A DNA stretch of 64,000 nucleotides from Abditibacterium sp. (GCA_965199495.1 CBDASK010000003.1:1024001-1088000), one strand, 5' to 3'. Counted from the stretch's first letter, positions 29,137-41,233 are shown. Numbers and translations: made by a program. Notes: generated by a model not told the origin, from the letters alone.

Positions 29137-29970
29137 ATGATTGGCAAACTCAAATTTCGCTTCAATACAACCATCGCCAAAAAACTTCTGATGGCCGTCA
29201 CCGGTCTGGCGATGACTCTGTTTCTTATCGGCCATCTGGTCGGTAACCTCCAATTATTGTGGAGCAGCGACCAGTTCAACGCCTATGCGCGCTTTCTGAC
29301 CGCGCAACCGGTTGTCATCTTGGTCGAGCTGGGCCTGATGGCGATTTTGGCGCTTCACGTCGTAGATGCTTTCGTTTTGCTGCGCCAAAACTATAACGCG
29401 CGCCCCGTTCCTTACCAGTCGAAAACGTGGGGCCGCACCAAAAGCCCACGCTCGAAGAAGACGTGGTCTTCGACTTTAATGATGTGGTCGGGCATCTTTA
29501 TTTTAGTCTTTATCATCGGTCACATCTGGCATTTCAAATATCATCATCCGGTCGCTTCGCCCGCTTATGGGCACGATTCCTCGATTGCTGTTGGCGTCAT
29601 TGGCGGCGGCGTGGCTTCTGCCGACGGCTCGTCGGGCGAAAGCGCCACGCGTTTGGCGCAGATGGTCGTCGCTGAGTTCCGCAACCCGTTCGTTTCGGGC
29701 ATTTACATTCTGTCGATGCTGATTCTGGGCGCGCATTTGTATCACGCGATTTCGAGCGCCATGACCTCGCTGGGCGGCAACCATCCGCGTTATCAAAAGT
29801 TGATTATGTGGGCGGGCAACATTTTCACCGCGATTATTACCTTCGGATTTTTGTCGATTCCGTTATGGTTTTTGATTGGCTTGCCCGCCAACGGCGATTC
29901 AACAGCCAAACCGGCCTCGACCAATCAAGTCGCACAAGCGGCGCCCGTTGCACCCGCGACAACGCAATAA
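29137..29970 (+). CDS. sdhC: Succinate dehydrogenase/fumarate reductase cytochrome b subunit
   Basis: KKLLMAVTG, HLVGNL, conserved histidines; first gene of the sdh operon. Confidence 0.9.
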   Translation: MIGKLKFRFNTTIAKKLLMAVTGLAMTLFLIGHLVGNLQLLWSSDQFNAYARFLTAQPVVILVELGLMAILALHVVDAFVLLRQNYNARPVPYQSKTWGRTKSPRSKKTWSSTLMMWSGIFILVFIIGHIWHFKYHHPVASPAYGHDSSIAVGVIGGGVASADGSSGESATRLAQMVVAEFRNPFVSGIYILSMLILGAHLYHAISSAMTSLGGNHPRYQKLIMWAGNIFTAIITFGFLSIPLWFLIGLPANGDSTAKPASTNQVAQAAPVAPATTQ

Positions 29971-30002
29971 TTTTCCGACATCAAATATCTTAGAGGAGAA
30001 AC

Positions 30003-32009
<2,007 letters not shown>

Positions 32010-32014
32010 TCGTA

Positions 32015-32103
32015 GAGACGCCGATTTATCGCGTCTTAAACGTTAAAGCACTCGCGCGTTTTGCGAAAGATTCGACGTTTAAGACGCGATAAATCGGCGT
32101 CTC
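32015..32103. repeat. GTAG-type REP palindrome inside the sdh operon
   Basis: GAGACGCCGATTTATCGCGTCTTAAACG / CGTTTAAGACGCGATAAATCGGCGTCTC. Confidence 0.88.
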
Positions 32104-32195
32104 ACCGATAGAAAGCGATAAGCAACCTCGGTGCAGCCACGGAGCGCCGATAAGAACGTCAGGCGCAGTCAAACGTCTTTTAAAGCATCAAAATT

Positions 32196-33068
32196 ATGCA
32201 AACCATTCAGCCCACGCAGCACTCCGGCAACAACGGCCACGCCACGCCGACCAACGATAAGTTAGTCAATGCCGATGCTTCCAAACATTCGACGGTGACC
32301 AACAAACCGACCAAAAACATGAATTTGAAATTGCTCGTCTGGCGCCAGAGCGGCGCCAAAGACAAAGGCAAAATGGTCGAATATCGCGCCAACGACATTT
32401 CGCCCGACATGAGCTTTTTGGAAATGCTCGATGTCGTCAACGAGCAGATGATTCACAAGGGCGAAGAACCCATCGCCTTTGAACACGATTGCCGCGAAGG
32501 CATTTGCGGTTCGTGCGGCCTGATGATCAACGGTCTGGCTCACGGCCCCGACGCGGGAACCACGGTTTGTCAGTTGCACATGCGCAGTTTCAAAGATGGC
32601 GATGAAATCGTTATTGAGCCGTGGCGCGCGCGCGCGTTTCCCGTGATTCGCGATCTGGTCGTTGACCGCAGCGCGTTCGACCGCATCATCGCGGCGGGCG
32701 GTTATATTTCGGAAAACACCGGCAACGCGCCCGACGGCAACGCGATTCCCATCGGCAAAGATGTCGCCAACGACGCGATGGATGCGGCAGCGTGCATCGG
32801 TTGCGCAGCGTGCGTCGCGCAGTGCAAAAACGCGTCGGCGGCTTTGTTTACGTCGGCCAAAGTCGCGCACTTGGCGCTCTTGCCGCAGGGCGAACCCGAA
32901 CGCATCGAGCGCGTTTTACGCATGGTCTCGCAAATGGACGCCGAAATGTTCGGCTCCTGCTCCAACGAGGGCGAATGCGAAGCGGTCTGCCCGAAAGAGA
33001 TTAAAATGGTCAACATTTCGCTGATGAACCGCGAATATGAACGCGCGATTCTGTCGAACAAAAAGTAA
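32196..33068 (+). CDS. sdhB: Succinate dehydrogenase/fumarate reductase iron-sulfur subunit
   Basis: [20 protein letters not shown] and [12 protein letters not shown]; true start may be internal (MNLKLLVW). Confidence 0.96.
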   Translation: MQTIQPTQHSGNNGHATPTNDKLVNADASKHSTVTNKPTKNMNLKLLVWRQSGAKDKGKMVEYRANDISPDMSFLEMLDVVNEQMIHKGEEPIAFEHDCREGICGSCGLMINGLAHGPDAGTTVCQLHMRSFKDGDEIVIEPWRARAFPVIRDLVVDRSAFDRIIAAGGYISENTGNAPDGNAIPIGKDVANDAMDAAACIGCAACVAQCKNASAALFTSAKVAHLALLPQGEPERIERVLRMVSQMDAEMFGSCSNEGECEAVCPKEIKMVNISLMNREYERAILSNKK

Positions 33069-33080
33069 GTTGGGAAAAAG

Positions 33081-33124
33081 AAAAAGCGCAAGTTCGGTCA
33101 CCTGAACTTGCGCTTTTTCGTTTA
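33081..33124 (+). terminator. Rho-independent terminator after sdhB
   Basis: AAAAAGCGCAAGTTC-loop-GAACTTGCGCTTTTT. Confidence 0.85.
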
Positions 33125-33148
33125 CAAAAACGATTGGTGTTCTTGTAT

Positions 33149-33332
33149 TAGACCTCTGGCATCCGTCTTTATAAGCGTGGTTTGACTCTGAGTCCGCTTC
33201 CATAGCGGGGTGGTCGCCTGGCGGAGCCAACGCAGTTCCTCTTCCAATCGGGTTTTCTCTTCGCACCAAGATTGCAAGAGGGCGCAAGCCCCGCTCACGT
33301 CAAATTTGCCGCGGACGGATGCAAGAGGTCTA
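33149..33332. mobile_element. MITE-like element with 19-bp terminal inverted repeats and an internal degenerate REP
   Basis: TAGACCTCTGGCATCCGTC ... GACGGATGCAAGAGGTCTA (18/19 match); internal CCTCTTCCAATC/GATTGCAAGAGG...GCCCCGC. Confidence 0.65.
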
Positions 33333-33334
33333 TT

Positions 33335-34204
33335 CTATCCGTTACCACCGCCCCGTCCGCGACCCTGACCGCCGTTCCGACCACCTTGCCCTTGAGCTTG
33401 GCCGCCGTTCCAACCGCCTTGGCCATTTTGCGATTGCGCGGGCGAGAAAACTGCGGTGGGGCCGCCAATCGCCAGCACGTCGTTATTCAAGATACCGACG
33501 AGGGTCAAAAACGCTTTGATGCGAGGCGTTGTCGAATAATGGATTTTGGAATCCAAGTCTTTAAGCGCTTTGGTTTGGCGGTCGTTTTCGGCTTGCACGG
33601 CGTTTTCGTAAGCCGCGAAAGTTGTGGCGACTTTGGAATCGGCGGCGGCTTCGATGCCGGTATCGGCGACGTTGGCGGGAGCCACGACGGGCGCTTGCAG
33701 CGCCGTGGCTGCTGTTTGGGCCAGTTGCAACAACGTCACGCGCGCCTTGTTTTGCTCGGCGACATAAGCGACGATGGCATCTTGCACATCGAAATCGGCG
33801 ATGCCCGCCGCGTTCATCATTTGCTTCATCGCATCGGCGGTATTACGGCTGTTACGCCCGCCGCGTCCGCCGCCGCCGCCTTGGCCAGTCTGCCCGGCTT
33901 GGCCCATCAAACCCGCATCTTGCGCTTTTTGCAACGCATTCGGGTCGTTCGGATCAATGCCAGCCTGTTGTAATCTTTGGTTGATAACCTGCTGGACGGC
34001 GGCGCGTTGTTCGGGCGTCATGGACTGCATACGTTCTTGCAAGCGCGCCTGAAAATTTTGCGCGCGCTGTTCGGGCGTGAGATTTTCGTTGCCCTGCTGA
34101 CGCTGGTCTTGACGAGCGTCACGATTGGGACGCGCATTTTGCGCCTGAGCGGTTAAGCCCGTCATCAAGAGTGCGCCCAATGCGCAGTAAAGAATTTTAT
34201 TCAT
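33335..34204 (-). CDS. Secreted Gln/Gly-rich hypothetical protein
   Basis: Signal peptide AQAQ, TPEQRA repeated, Gly-rich segments. Confidence 0.75.
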   Translation of the reverse strand: MNKILYCALGALLMTGLTAQAQNARPNRDARQDQRQQGNENLTPEQRAQNFQARLQERMQSMTPEQRAAVQQVINQRLQQAGIDPNDPNALQKAQDAGLMGQAGQTGQGGGGGRGGRNSRNTADAMKQMMNAAGIADFDVQDAIVAYVAEQNKARVTLLQLAQTAATALQAPVVAPANVADTGIEAAADSKVATTFAAYENAVQAENDRQTKALKDLDSKIHYSTTPRIKAFLTLVGILNNDVLAIGGPTAVFSPAQSQNGQGGWNGGQAQGQGGRNGGQGRGRGGGNG

Positions 34205-34219
34205 ATTTTGGTTTCCTTT

Positions 34220-34930
34220 TTAATTGACACAAAAAGTCGCGTTCGATCCCGTAGGCGTATTAGCCCCCGCCGGGCCACAGTCCGTGGCATTGCCAGCGCC
34301 CAAGGCGCGTTCGGGACGCATCCATTTGACGTGACCATCTACAAATGAGTAATTGGCTCCTTCCAAATGGCGTGCCCTACCCGCGCCTGGAGGGGACAAC
34401 TGGTAAGAGTTTGCCGTCGCGTCACCGCTAATTCCGGTGCCTTCGCCATTTAGGATAGTGTTGGACGAATAATCTATCGCGGCCTCGCTGCGCCCGGTCC
34501 CAACGACCGGATTGGCGCTGGAATCCACGACACTCACCGTGTTGTAATTGACGTAGTAATCGGAAAATCCGTTAGTGGCAGCGCGCGTTAAAAGATCGGC
34601 GCCGGGCGGCGGCGGTGCGGTTTCGCTGGGGCATTGGAAAATCTGTTCGCTCTTTATATAGGGCTGAACCGCGTAACCCCAGCCCGGCGAACCCGCCGGA
34701 GCAGGAACCGTGATATTGGGAAAACGCTCGTCGTAATCCTGCGTGTATTGCTTAATTCCCAACGCGATCTGTTTCAGGTTGCTCTGACAACTGCTGCGCC
34801 GCGCGTTTTCGCGGGCACGCGCAAAAACTGGGAACAAAATCGCCGCCAGAATCGCGATAATGGCGATAACGACAAGCAATTCTATCAAAGTAAATGCCGA
34901 ACGCGGTTTTTGATGCTGGAAGTGAGACAT
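34220..34930 (-). CDS. Prepilin-type N-methylation DUF1559 protein with H-X9-DG C-terminus
   Basis: [38 protein letters not shown] and [16 protein letters not shown]. Confidence 0.93.
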   Translation of the reverse strand: MSHFQHQKPRSAFTLIELLVVIAIIAILAAILFPVFARARENARRSSCQSNLKQIALGIKQYTQDYDERFPNITVPAPAGSPGWGYAVQPYIKSEQIFQCPSETAPPPPGADLLTRAATNGFSDYYVNYNTVSVVDSSANPVVGTGRSEAAIDYSSNTILNGEGTGISGDATANSYQLSPPGAGRARHLEGANYSFVDGHVKWMRPERALGAGNATDCGPAGANTPTGSNATFCVN

Positions 34931-34942
34931 GATTGAACGATA

Positions 34943-34979
34943 AATTAGGGACTTTTCCCCGATTTAAAAGTCCCTAATT
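34943..34979 (-). terminator. Hairpin downstream of pnkp
   Basis: AATTAGGGACTTTT...AAAAGTCCCTAATT. Confidence 0.55.
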
Positions 34980-35050
34980 CCGACATTCTGTCCGTTTGCC
35001 AAGTTCGTGAACAAATCTGGCGATTCGCGCAGGGTTAGTTAAGGCTGTCT

Positions 35051-37579
35051 TTACAAGCGCGGATCAACCGGTTCGCTTTCCAGGGCCAGCACGCCAAAGA
35101 CGCATTCGTGAACGCGCCGCAACGCCTCGCCCGCGACAAACCGTTCGAGCGCCTCAATGCCCAAAGCGAATTCGCGCGACGCCAACGAACGTTTGGCGCC
35201 CAATCCACGCGCGCGCAGCCGATCCAAATTGCGCGGTAACAGATAATCCGGCCCATAAATAATGCGCAGATACTCGCGCCCGCGCACCTTCACGGCGGGC
35301 TGAACCAACCCTTTTTCGCGCGCATTAATCCAATCGAGCGGTTTCACGACCATGCCTTCGCCGCCTTTGCTCGTCAGTTCTTCCCACCACGTCGTCGCGT
35401 TTTCAACAGCCACGGCGTCGGACAAATCCACTTTGACGAACGGCGTCGCGACAAAAATCGCATCCTCGCCCGTCAGCTCTGCCAACGTTTCCATGTGCCA
35501 GACGTGATTTTTATCAACGTGAACTTTGCCCTTCGACGCCAGCAGATGAAATGGCGCCAGACGATAATCATCCAACGAATTCACGTCCCAACAATAGCGC
35601 GAGTAAGCGGCGCGATAGTCTTCTATCGCGTCCAGACGCGCCGCCGTATTATTTTGGAGTTCGCCGATTTCCAAACCGCGCGTTGCCGCCATTTCCAAAA
35701 CCGCACTCGCCGCCGACAACGCCAGTTCGCCCGCCGCACCGACGGGCGCGTATTGATGGCGAATCAGTTCGCGCGCCTTGGCCGACCAGGGCATCAGTTC
35801 GCAATCCAAAACGAACCAATCGCTCTCGAACTTGTCCCACCAATCCGCGCGCCCAATCGCGGCGCGCAACCGTTCCAAGAGCGCGCTTTCGACCGACAAA
35901 TCGTCGAAAAAGCGCCGCCCCGTCCGCGTTAGGATCGCGCCTTCGCCCGCGACGCCAAACGACGCGCGCGCCGCATCGGCATCGCGCGCCACGACCACAA
36001 CGGCGCGCGAACCCATGTGCTTCTCTTCGCACACGACGTGGCTGATGCCTTCGCCGCGAAAATAGCTCCATGCCTCGTCGGGATGCTCCAAATAATCCGG
36101 GCGCTTCGATGTGGCGACCGGCGCCATCGTCGGCGGCAAGTAAACCAGCCATTTCGGGTCGGCGGCGAAACGGCTCATCACTTCCAAAGCCGCCGCGCTG
36201 TTTTCGGCGCGAATCGTGATGTTGCGGCCCAGTTTTGTCTCGATCAAACGTTTGCCCAGATAATCGCCGATGTCCAACACTTCGTCCTGCCGTTGCTGCG
36301 GCGTGAGTTCGGTGTTTTGCGTCCAAATCGGACGCACCGATTCGGCGTATTCGCGCCGCGCCGCAACGCTGACGATTTCACGCTGCGGCCAACGCATCGC
36401 CGTGAGCGAGCCGCCGAAAACGCAGCCGGTATCGAGATTGAGCGTATTATTGAGCCACGTCGCGCGCGGCACAGGTGTGTGCCCGTAAACCACGGCGCTT
36501 TTGCCTTTATATTCGCGCGCCCAGTCCAACCGTTCGGGCAAACCCCATTCGTCGGTTTCGCCGGTCGTCTCGCCATACAAACAAAACGAACGCACCGTGC
36601 CCGATGCGCGCCCTTGCATCGCCTCTTTGAGTCCGGCGTGCGCCACGACCAAATCCCCGTCATCGAAAACGTAATGCGAAATCAAACCGTCCAGCCACTC
36701 GCGCAATTCGTTCTTAAATTCTGGCGATTGGTTTTCCAGATCGTCCAGCGTCTCCTGCAAACCGTGCGTGACCGCCGTCTTTTTGCCGCTCAAAAACCGT
36801 TTCAATTTATCGTCGTGATTGCCGCAAACGCACCAAGCCGTGCCCGCTTTCGTCATATTCATCGCGATGCGCAACACGTCGGCACTACGCGGGCCACGGT
36901 CGGCCAAATCGCCGACGAACGCGACTTGCCGATTTTCGGGATGGCGGTAAACGTCAGCCACGTCGCGCGCATAACCTAATTTAGCGAGCAATTCTTCCAA
37001 TTCGTCGGCGCAACCGTGGATATCGCCGATAATGTCGAACGGGCCATGTTCGGTTTTCTTATTGTTCCACAGCGGCACGCGCTCGATTTCGGCGTTGTCA
37101 ATGGCGTCGCCGCGCAAAACGCTGACATAGCGAAAGCCATCTTTCTCCAGGTGCCGCAACGATTGGCGCAACTGCCGCGCGTGATTGCGCGTGACGTGCG
37201 GCCCAAAATCGCGGTCGGGCCGCGATTGGTTGCGCTCGTGGCAAATTTCTTCCGGCACATCCAAAACGATGGCGACGCTCTGCACAAAAAACCGTTTGGC
37301 CAAAGCCAACAACGGCGCGCGCGCTTCTTTTTGCACATTGGTCGCATCAATCACGGTTAATTTGCCGTTTTTCAGGCGCAAAGCCGCGATTTCGTGAACC
37401 AACCGAAATGCGTCGGCGCTGGCTTCGAGCGAAGATTCGTCGTCGCAAACCAGACCGCGACAAAAATCTGACGAGATGATTTCGGTGGGCAAAAAGTGGC
37501 GCCGCGCGAACGAAGACTTACCGGCGCCCGACGCGCCGATGAGAACAACCAGACAGAGTTCGGGGATTTCGATTTTCAC
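35051..37579 (-). CDS. pnkp: Bacterial Pnkp: polynucleotide kinase, 2',3'-phosphatase and ligase (adenylyltransferase) domains
   Basis: GASGAGKS; GDIHG/GDLADRG/GNHD; EEKHMGSR, DCELMPW, EGMVVKP, KVRG and ESEPVDPRL. Confidence 0.96.
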   Translation of the reverse strand: MKIEIPELCLVVLIGASGAGKSSFARRHFLPTEIISSDFCRGLVCDDESSLEASADAFRLVHEIAALRLKNGKLTVIDATNVQKEARAPLLALAKRFFVQSVAIVLDVPEEICHERNQSRPDRDFGPHVTRNHARQLRQSLRHLEKDGFRYVSVLRGDAIDNAEIERVPLWNNKKTEHGPFDIIGDIHGCADELEELLAKLGYARDVADVYRHPENRQVAFVGDLADRGPRSADVLRIAMNMTKAGTAWCVCGNHDDKLKRFLSGKKTAVTHGLQETLDDLENQSPEFKNELREWLDGLISHYVFDDGDLVVAHAGLKEAMQGRASGTVRSFCLYGETTGETDEWGLPERLDWAREYKGKSAVVYGHTPVPRATWLNNTLNLDTGCVFGGSLTAMRWPQREIVSVAARREYAESVRPIWTQNTELTPQQRQDEVLDIGDYLGKRLIETKLGRNITIRAENSAAALEVMSRFAADPKWLVYLPPTMAPVATSKRPDYLEHPDEAWSYFRGEGISHVVCEEKHMGSRAVVVVARDADAARASFGVAGEGAILTRTGRRFFDDLSVESALLERLRAAIGRADWWDKFESDWFVLDCELMPWSAKARELIRHQYAPVGAAGELALSAASAVLEMAATRGLEIGELQNNTAARLDAIEDYRAAYSRYCWDVNSLDDYRLAPFHLLASKGKVHVDKNHVWHMETLAELTGEDAIFVATPFVKVDLSDAVAVENATTWWEELTSKGGEGMVVKPLDWINAREKGLVQPAVKVRGREYLRIIYGPDYLLPRNLDRLRARGLGAKRSLASREFALGIEALERFVAGEALRRVHECVFGVLALESEPVDPRL

Positions 37580-38118
37580 GCGTTATAGTCTGACGCCGTG
37601 GCTGCATCGAGCGCGCGATTGACAGCGCGCCACAAATTGAGACCAAATAGGGCAACGCTTGACAGGAACCATATCAAGAATACCCACATGAACGGAACGA
37701 GATGAATAATCATAAACAAAAAATTCGAGGTGAAAGCACAGAGTAGAGATGTTGACGCCGTGAACCAGAAAGTCTGGCGCCCAACCGAACGAAAGAAACG
37801 CGATTTGAACGGATTTTTCGCATCATTAACCGGAGCGTAAATTCCTGTGACGATGCCTACCAGTCCACCCATAATAGCGAGAATAAAGCTACTTCCACCG
37901 CCCAGCCAGAGCAAAATGCCAAGGAGAGCGCTATCGTCGAGTTCGAGAAGACCACGTTCAGCTTCGGGAACAGGAGGCGTTGGATGTTGAACAATAAATA
38001 GGATAAGACTGGCCATTGGGATTGCCACGGGCAACGCCCACAACAACGCGCCCGCCGCGCCCCAACCCAATACGCGACGCGCGAGCGGAAACCACCAAAC
38101 GTTGGAGTTGCGATTCAT
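37576..38118 (-). CDS. Hypothetical membrane protein, translationally coupled to pnkp
   Basis: About 4 TM; its TGA overlaps the pnkp GTG start (GTGA). Confidence 0.6.
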   Translation of the reverse strand: MNRNSNVWWFPLARRVLGWGAAGALLWALPVAIPMASLILFIVQHPTPPVPEAERGLLELDDSALLGILLWLGGGSSFILAIMGGLVGIVTGIYAPVNDAKNPFKSRFFRSVGRQTFWFTASTSLLCAFTSNFLFMIIHLVPFMWVFLIWFLSSVALFGLNLWRAVNRALDAATASDYNA

Positions 38119-38201
38119 CGAAACGATTATCGCCAATCGCTTGGGCAGACGCAAGCACTTGAGTGCGAAAGAGCAATGCTCTTACTTATGGGCTGTTTCG
38201 T

Positions 38202-38981
38202 TTAACCTTCGTCCGGCATAGGAATCTTTTTGAACGCCGGTTCGCCGACGCGAAAATTGCGATTGTAGTGGTAAAGATCGCCATTGGCTTCGGAATCCAC
38301 GTTTGAACTGGTAAAAATGTCCAAACCTTCGCGCGGCAAATAAGCGCTCATGTAACCGCCGTCGAATCGGCCCAGTTCGTAAGGAAAGAAATCTTCGCTC
38401 ACTTTGCGCGGATGGCGGTCGGGATCGTCGGATTCGCCATAATAAAAGTCGAGCGCGCCCGGCGTTTGACCATTGGGCCACACGATGCGGCTGACGGCAC
38501 ACCACGGCTCATCGCCATTGGGAAAAAGCGTGATTTGTAACCTGCGCAAATCGCCGTCACGCTCGTCAGCAGAGCCGGGAATCTCGATGAAGTTGTGCTT
38601 ATAATCCACAATCGCGCCTTTGCGATTCAGCAGCGAACGCCGATTGACGCCGCCAAACGCGGCGAAATGTTTGGCGGGCAAACGATCATAAAAATCCATC
38701 AATTGGCTTTTCGGCTTGCGTGACGACGATTTCTTCGCGGGTTGGTCGTCGGTTTTGGCGGCAGTTTTTTTCGCGTCAACATCGTCGGAAGTGCGCAAAT
38801 CGGCGATTTCGGTCTCGTCGCCCGCGCCCTTGTCCGCCGCCGTGGCTACATCGGGCGCGGGGACTTGAACGTTTATCGTCATGTTCGACGCCGGTTGGCG
38901 CGACGCGCATGAAGGGACGAGCAGCGAACCGACAAGGGTGATGGCGGCGACGCCTGAGCCAACTAAAAATTTCTTTTGCAT
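38202..38981 (-). CDS. Hypothetical lipoprotein (probable paralog of 4851-5393)
   Basis: Lipobox-like VPSC; DFYDRLP..RRSLL..VDYKHNF..QITLF..LPREG. Confidence 0.7.
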   Translation of the reverse strand: MQKKFLVGSGVAAITLVGSLLVPSCASRQPASNMTINVQVPAPDVATAADKGAGDETEIADLRTSDDVDAKKTAAKTDDQPAKKSSSRKPKSQLMDFYDRLPAKHFAAFGGVNRRSLLNRKGAIVDYKHNFIEIPGSADERDGDLRRLQITLFPNGDEPWCAVSRIVWPNGQTPGALDFYYGESDDPDRHPRKVSEDFFPYELGRFDGGYMSAYLPREGLDIFTSSNVDSEANGDLYHYNRNFRVGEPAFKKIPMPDEG

Positions 38982-39058
38982 GAGATTCAATCCTTGGATT
39001 TCTGCACTCGTCTGAGAGAAATCAAATTTGCCAATGTGGTGCCACGCGCGACTTCATT

Positions 39059-39877
39059 TTATTTCGGCTGATATTGACGCGTAATTTCATATAACATCAC
39101 GCCCGCAGCCACACCGACGCCCAGCGAATCTACGCTCGCGTCAACCGGAATGTAGGCCAATTGCTGGCAGGCGTGAAGCGCGCGCGGCGAAAGTCCGCTG
39201 CGTTCGTCGCCCAGCCAGAGCCACAAATCGCGTGGATAATCCAAAACGCGATAATCATGGGCGCCACGCAGTGATGTGCCCAGCCAAAACGGACGATAGC
39301 GCGCGCGAAATCGAAAAACTTCGTCCCAACTGGCGCGCACCAGAGTTTGTTGCCAGAACGCGCCCATGCTGGAACGCACCGTCGCTGGGTGGAAAAAGTC
39401 CACATCATCGCCGACCGCGATGCAGCCACGGGCACCGGCAGCTTGTGCGGTGCGCAGCATCGAACCCAAATTGCCGGGTTTGCGAACCGATTCGAGCGCC
39501 AACCAAACGCCGCTATGCGCGCCCAATTCGGATAAATTCATCGTTTGGCTCGACGCAATACCGATTAAACCCTGCGGGTCTTCGCCCTGCGCCAATGTTT
39601 GCAAAGTGACGGCATCGGTGACGAAATGGGGAATGCCACGAATGCGTGTTTTTGCCACAAGACGCCCGGAAATTGCCGTCATTGGCGAGGCGTAAAGCAG
39701 CGTTTGCAGCGCGTCGTTTTGTAGCGCCAACTCGATGTTGCGGGCGCCTTCGATGAGAAATTGGCCGCGCGAGTCGCGGTGGCTGCGTTGGCGCAAAAGT
39801 GCGGTCTGAGCGATTAATTCGTGTGGAGCGGGCATCGCTTTAGCGCGCGGAACCTCCTTGTTGAGATGGCGTTTCAT
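39059..39877 (-). CDS. TrmH/SpoU family RNA 2'-O-methyltransferase
   Basis: FLIEG, PQG, PGNLGSMLRTA, RSSMG, GDERSGL and DSLGVGVAAGV. Confidence 0.92.
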   Translation of the reverse strand: MKRHLNKEVPRAKAMPAPHELIAQTALLRQRSHRDSRGQFLIEGARNIELALQNDALQTLLYASPMTAISGRLVAKTRIRGIPHFVTDAVTLQTLAQGEDPQGLIGIASSQTMNLSELGAHSGVWLALESVRKPGNLGSMLRTAQAAGARGCIAVGDDVDFFHPATVRSSMGAFWQQTLVRASWDEVFRFRARYRPFWLGTSLRGAHDYRVLDYPRDLWLWLGDERSGLSPRALHACQQLAYIPVDASVDSLGVGVAAGVMLYEITRQYQPK

Positions 39878-39951
39878 GGTTTAAAAAATTCATAATTGGG
39901 AAGTTTGCCATACGGCAAACGACAACGGAACCGGCGCGAGAATCGCGCGGT

Positions 39952-40035
39952 TTAGAAGGGAAAAACGGGTTGATGCGGAGAGTTGAGATCAATGAAATCT
40001 GCGGCGACAGTTGCAAGCGCAGCAGCAACGAACAT
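39952..40035 (-). CDS. Putative 27-aa leader peptide (uORF) upstream of the TrmH gene
   Basis: MFVAAALATVAADFIDLNSPHQPVFPF followed by two hairpins. Confidence 0.35.
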   Translation of the reverse strand: MFVAAALATVAADFIDLNSPHQPVFPF

Positions 40036-40115
40036 AAAAGTTCCATTCGATTTTAACTTTTAGAGCGCCCGGCGGCAAGCGCTGGCATCGCGCATACTGC
40101 AAACGAGAAAACATC

Positions 40116-40481
40116 ATGGCACAACACAAAGACGAGGCTCGCGAACAACGCATCATCAACGAAATCGTAGTGGACGCTTACGACGCGGAAGAGCGAGCGC
40201 TGGGCTGGTATTATTATCTCGAAGAGCAGTTGCAGTTTCCGTTTCGCGCGCGCTGCAACCGCACCAATCCGATTTCGCCGCTCCGGCGCGGTGAAGAAGT
40301 CGAAGTGCTAAAAATGCCCGCCGAAGAAGTTTGCCAGCACGAGATGTTCGTGGTTATCGAGTGGGAAAACCGCCGCTTTGGTGTGCCGCTTTCGCAGTTA
40401 GAACCGCTCGATGTGGACGCCGAAACGCTGCAAGGCATCGAAGATTGGCACTATTGGAAAAAACAAAATTACGAGTTTTAA
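40116..40481 (+). CDS. CcbP-like 'calcium-binding' family protein
   Basis: RIINEIVVDAYDAEERALGWYYYLEEQLQFPF...VPLSQL...IEDWHYW. Confidence 0.85.
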   Translation: MAQHKDEAREQRIINEIVVDAYDAEERALGWYYYLEEQLQFPFRARCNRTNPISPLRRGEEVEVLKMPAEEVCQHEMFVVIEWENRRFGVPLSQLEPLDVDAETLQGIEDWHYWKKQNYEF

Positions 40482-41233
40482 TTGCCTCCCAACCGCAACC
40501 GAAGGAGCCAATCGTGGAGCGCCGGTTTAATATCAATTTTGGGTGGCAACGGCGAATTTTGTTCCGCGTTTTGCAACCGCTCGCGCAGACGCGCATATTG
40601 CGCTTCGTAGAACGGCAAATCAGCGTTTTCCAGCGTTTGACGTTCGGCGCCGTTGAGCTTTAAATCAATCAAATCGTTGATCGTCGCGCTGCCAAACTCT
40701 TCGTTTAAACGCGGTAAATTCGCTTCGAGTTTTCCGGTTTGCAGCAGATGCGCGCCGGTTAAAAGCACGCGATAAATATAAAGCAGTGGCTTGACGCGCG
40801 GCGGTGAATCTTTGAGGAAAAGTCGCCATTGATTATCGGCAAATCCCAGATAATGTTTGGCAAATTTGCGATTCAAACTATCGAGCGCAATCGCTTTCAA
40901 TTCCTCGTGCGCGGGCGAAGTGACGACGACCAAAGGCGAACACAATTGTTCCAAAGCGTAGCCGGAATCTTTGGCGATTAAAGCGCAAAATTTGCGCGCT
41001 TCGTGGCTGACGATGTCCCATTCCAAGCCATCGCGGATTTCGGCGACTTCGATGGTTTCGCGCGGCGGAAACAGCCCGACCAAATCGCGAAGCGGCGCGA
41101 CGTGGCTGCCGCGCAGGTCGTAATCGGAATCGGGCGACGAAAATCCGTAAAGATGCGCGCCCGAAACCGTGACAAAGAGCGCATCGGGAATATGAAGTTT
41201 GGCGGCGGCAGATAATCGCGGATCGAGTTGCAT
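40478..41233 (-). CDS. Pol-beta superfamily nucleotidyltransferase (YcgL/RlaP-type)
   Basis: SGAHLYGFSSPDSDYDLRG, HEARKF, GYALEQL, HYLGFA and KPLLYIYRVLLTG. Confidence 0.9.
   Translation of the reverse strand: MQLDPRLSAAAKLHIPDALFVTVSGAHLYGFSSPDSDYDLRGSHVAPLRDLVGLFPPRETIEVAEIRDGLEWDIVSHEARKFCALIAKDSGYALEQLCSPLVVVTSPAHEELKAIALDSLNRKFAKHYLGFADNQWRLFLKDSPPRVKPLLYIYRVLLTGAHLLQTGKLEANLPRLNEEFGSATINDLIDLKLNGAERQTLENADLPFYEAQYARLRERLQNAEQNSPLPPKIDIKPALHDWLLRLRLGGN

Noticed and set aside
33130..33330. Structured intergenic region considered as a tRNA or riboswitch
   Set aside because: No cloverleaf, T-loop or known aptamer consensus; it is better explained as a TIR element with a nested REP.
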